Assembly: GCF_000143415.4 (NCBI RefSeq)
Contig: NW_003314597.1
Span: forward strand, 1-10,097
Length of the DNA: 10,097 nucleotides
Direction of reading: 5' to 3'
From: Selaginella moellendorffii
Taxonomy: Eukaryota; Plantae; Lycopodiophyta
The notes beneath the pieces were generated by a model, which did no database searches, was not told the DNA's origin, and saw only the letters and a list, made by a program, of their open reading frames with translations. The translations under genes and the position numbers were made by a program. Numbering within the stretch: position 1 is the first letter of the stretch; the number at the start of each line of letters is the position of its first letter. This document shows, one piece after another, positions 6,895 through 10,097 of this stretch.

Positions 6895-8348
6895 TTACTA
6901 GTCGCTCTGCATGGAAGCCAAGAAAACATCGCTCTGGAGAGCTTGCCTGCATAGCTGCAAGCAGAGAGAACGTTTGTGAAAGTTATTGCATTGGGTGGTA
7001 TGCCCTCTAGGTTCATTCTCAAGAACAAGTCTAAAGTGTCGTGGATCTGCCCGTGGCGGACATAGGCTGTGAGAATCCCATTCCACGACACTTTATCCCT
7101 TGATCTCATGTCCTCGAAGATCTTTCTCGCTTCTCTGAGATGACCACACTGTCCATACATGTGAACCAGCGCATTTTGGATCTTGGTGCTAAGATAATAT
7201 TTATAGTCACTTAGCAAGCTCGCGTGAACGAGTTTTCCTTCGTCCACAGCGAGGACACTCCCACAAGCGTCGAGAGCACTGATGAAACAAGCCTCGTCCA
7301 GTGTAAATCCCTCCAGGTCCATGCAAACGAAAACTCGAAACCCTTCCTTGCCATGCCCGCTCTGGACATATGCGACTAGTAGAGCAGTCCACAAAACAAC
7401 GTCTTTGCTTTCAGCACTGTCAAAAATCTCTCTTGCCCGATCAAACTCTCTCGATCTACTGTACATGTTTAGCAGCGAAGTTGCCACCATCAGGTTTGAT
7501 TCGTATCCACTTTGAGCAGCAAAACTGTGAATCAGTCGACCAACCGTTAGATCTCCAGCGTCACCACAAGCTTCCAACACGCTCACAAAGTTAGCGTCGT
7601 CGGGCTTGACACCTTCGACGCTCATGAGCTGGAACAGCCGGATTGCCAAATTGGAATGCCCGTTCTGGGCATATGCAGCCATCATGGCATTCCATGTCAC
7701 CTCGTTTTTTGTCCGCATCGCATCAAACACAGCCTTGGCCTCTCCAATATCTCCACATTTTCCATACATGTCGACCAGCGCAGTTCCCACTCGAACGTCA
7801 CAAAGAATGAAAGTGGAATCAATGCTCTTGTGAACACTCTTGCCTTGTTCTAAGGCATTGCAACTGGAGAATCCATCCAGAATGCTAATCAGAGTAATTT
7901 CATTCGGTCGAATCCCTTCCTGATCCATGAGCTTGAATATGCAAAAGGCTTCTTTGGAATTCCCAGCTTGAGAGTATGCAGAAATCATTGAGTTCCATGA
8001 AACAACATTCTTGAGTGTCGAGGGCATTTTGTCAAAGATATCTCTTGCCTCGCGGATATGCCCGTTCTGGGCATATGCGGCAAGCATGATAGTCCAGGAG
8101 AAAACGTTCCTCTTAGAGATTGAATCGAAGACGTTTTTAGCATCGCTGATGCTGTTGCACTTCCCGTACATGCGTATGAGAAGGTTGGCAAAGAATGAAT
8201 CGGATTGAGAAAGATATCCTGCCTCCAGAAGGCTTTGGTGGAGTTTCCTGCCTGTTGTGATCGACTTGCACTGACTGAGCAAAGCTTCATATGATCTTTT
8301 CTCAGTTTTCTCATGACAAACATCCACAAGGCTATTCCTCGATAGCAT
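6702..8348 (-). CDS. PLS-class PPR protein, copy B; C-terminally frameshifted and truncated with no S2/E/DYW (possible pseudogene)
   Basis: 548-aa ORF with about 14 motifs, L-S-SS-P-L-S-P-L-S-P-L-S-P2-L2. PPR similarity leaves the main frame near 6930 (ACSYAGKLSRA), continues in another frame as FLASMQSD, and stops at 6900-6898. The last ~75 aa of the ORF are non-PPR readthrough into AT-rich DNA. Confidence 0.88.
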   Translation of the reverse strand: MLSRNSLVDVCHEKTEKRSYEALLSQCKSITTGRKLHQSLLEAGYLSQSDSFFANLLIRMYGKCNSISDAKNVFDSISKRNVFSWTIMLAAYAQNGHIREARDIFDKMPSTLKNVVSWNSMISAYSQAGNSKEAFCIFKLMDQEGIRPNEITLISILDGFSSCNALEQGKSVHKSIDSTFILCDVRVGTALVDMYGKCGDIGEAKAVFDAMRTKNEVTWNAMMAAYAQNGHSNLAIRLFQLMSVEGVKPDDANFVSVLEACGDAGDLTVGRLIHSFAAQSGYESNLMVATSLLNMYSRSREFDRAREIFDSAESKDVVLWTALLVAYVQSGHGKEGFRVFVCMDLEGFTLDEACFISALDACGSVLAVDEGKLVHASLLSDYKYYLSTKIQNALVHMYGQCGHLREARKIFEDMRSRDKVSWNGILTAYVRHGQIHDTLDLFLRMNLEGIPPNAITFTNVLSACSYAGKLSRAMFSWLPCRATSNYGTVEITQYSISNKEFQIQVYMFNVSKYSSWFCIKMMMVILDLIVGLLDHAFKRDHIFLEYQH

Positions 8349-10097
8349 CCAACGGTTACCCCTTTTGAATTAAGAGTTTTGATCTAATATTTTTAATCTA
8401 GTAGGAGCTGTGCATCCAGGGTGAAGCATATCTGCGGTTGCTACTCTTGAATAGAATACTTAGAAGCTAATGCTTCTGATGGATCTTACTGCAAATGTAA
8501 TGTTATCCCTTGCAGTGAAAGTCAATACAAACCTTTTGACAATTTAGCTGTGGTGGCAAATTCTCAAACAGGCAATGGTCAATCCTTCCTCGTTAAGGTT
8601 TCTACGAGCTTGCATAAATTTTTGTGCAAAGATGATTATATATATATATATGCTTGCAGACGCTCTTGTGGCTGAAATACTCGGCTGGCATCCTTGGTTT
8701 GCTGTGGCAGTTCTCACAGTATGTAGGTTCCAAGCTGCAACATGCTTGAGCAGCGAATTTGTCTTTCAAAATTGGATAGAAAACCTCTTGAATACTGCAT
8801 ATGTGCCATGGATCTTCCATTAAAAGGATCCTGCCTTTCTCCATTTGCAATTCCCTTTGTAATATGAAACAACTTTTGATGATCTGCAGACATCATTAAA
8901 ATAATTCTTCTACTCTTAACCACCTGATCATTCATCTGATGTGTCTCACATAAAAGACATGTGCACAATCTCCTCATATCATTTTGGCCAACCATATTTT
9001 GCAGCTGCACCATGATAACACTCTTAAGAAGTCTCACCTCTTTTGTTTGTGGCAACAGCAATACTAAATGCTCACTCTAACAAACATAAGAGAGATACTG
9101 TGGTTTGTAGAACTTGCAAGTTACTATTAAAGGTTTATTGAGGGATTTGCTAGGGGTTCAAAATGCATAGTAGATATAACTGACCAACTTGAAATTTCTT
9201 GTTAAATGTATTTGTTTTTGTTCTGCATTTGCTTTAATCCCAAGTTTAGTAGTTGGTAGAGTACTTATATTTTTTATGTTATGTTGAAATAGCATTAACC
9301 TTCGTTTAGCATTATTTTGTGTACTAATTTTAATATCAAGATGCTAAAAGCTTTAGAATTGTTCCAATGTTGCACCACTCTGGTGTTTTACACTCAAGAG
9401 TTTTGTTTTGTTTTGGCTTAAAGCTCTAAAACTTAAGTTTTACTTTGTTGCCCTGATAATATTATATTAAAGTGAATTGCAAACAAGCTAACATTTTGTT
9501 GAAAAGTTCCTCAAATAGATGATAATTTTAGCAAAGTATGACTCTGAGTTTAATTTTAAAAAAAACATTTAAGATTGGCTAAAGCTTTGAATTATAAAAT
9601 ACTTCTAGAGCAAGAAGAGATCAAAAGAAAAAGATGATGAAGTCTTAACAATAAGTGTTAATATGGAAAAATATTGAAATATTTATAAGTTTTTAAAATC
9701 AATGAATTTTCTAAAAGGTTGAAAATGTGCTAAGAGGAAGATCATATGTAAGTCAAAACCATTCAGATTAATAAGTGATTAACTTTATTGAGTTGGACGA
9801 GACAACATGCTTCAAATAACAATTAGACAGAACGAACAAAAGGAAATCATGAGGCATTGCTATGAAAGATAATATAGTGAACACTCCTTCTATAATTATA
9901 TAGCTAAGAATGCAAAATTTCTAGCTAACATTATTTTAGAACATGAATTAATGGTAAAGATCATATCATATTTGTCAAGTATTTGGAAGAAGAATCCCTC
10001 AATTCAACTAGAAGGTCTTCATTCAATTTTGTTGACAATACCATTTGAAAAATGGGGGATAGATTCCAATTCTTATAGTGGTATCACATAAAAAAGC
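7684..10097 (+). repeat. Segmental/tandem duplication, copy B (matches 1..2437)
   Basis: Same colinear alignment as copy A. It continues to the right window edge. Confidence 0.97.
9183..10097 (+). mobile_element. Degenerate Ty3/Gypsy pol fragment (RNase H, integrase N-terminus), duplicate copy, cut by the window edge
   Basis: FVLHL..VVGRVLI (FxLxxDAS..VGAVL region), LVFYTQEF, EKFLK*MIILAKYDSEF (GRxxRWxxxLxEYDFE region), LY*VGRDNML..EIMRHC, F*LTLF..SYHICQVFG and PFEKWGID. Confidence 0.85.

Noticed and set aside
1-10097. Terminal direct repeats as LTRs of one element, or a CRISPR-like or prokaryotic defence system
   Set aside because: The repeats contain a PPR gene and internal pol sequence, with no TG..CA ends, PBS or PPT visible. 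There is no repeat-spacer array, and the genes are intron-containing eukaryotic genes.

Overview
Plant nuclear DNA: GT-AG introns of about 60-70 nt and PLS-class PPR genes suggest a lycophyte such as Selaginella (inference). Both window ends carry a direct duplication with a period of about 7,677 bp (1..2437 = 7684..10097). Each copy contains the 5' part of a minus-strand PLS-type PPR gene, about 820 bp of conserved upstream sequence, and a decayed Ty3/Gypsy RNase H-integrase relic. Between the copies lies a 3-exon plus-strand gene (3710..5521, about 559 aa). It encodes an RSL1/RFA-like RBR E3 ubiquitin ligase with MIU-like helices, an RNase H-like domain lacking two catalytic residues, RING1-IBR-RING2, and an unusual C-terminal TTP/ZFP36-type CCCH zinc finger. 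This candidate RNA-sensing E3 ligase is the most interesting element. The complete PPR copy is frameshifted and truncated in its L2 motif (no S2/E/DYW) and abuts a decayed bulb-type (GNA) lectin-like fragment, yet the two PPR copies differ mostly at synonymous sites. All alignments and counts were done by eye.
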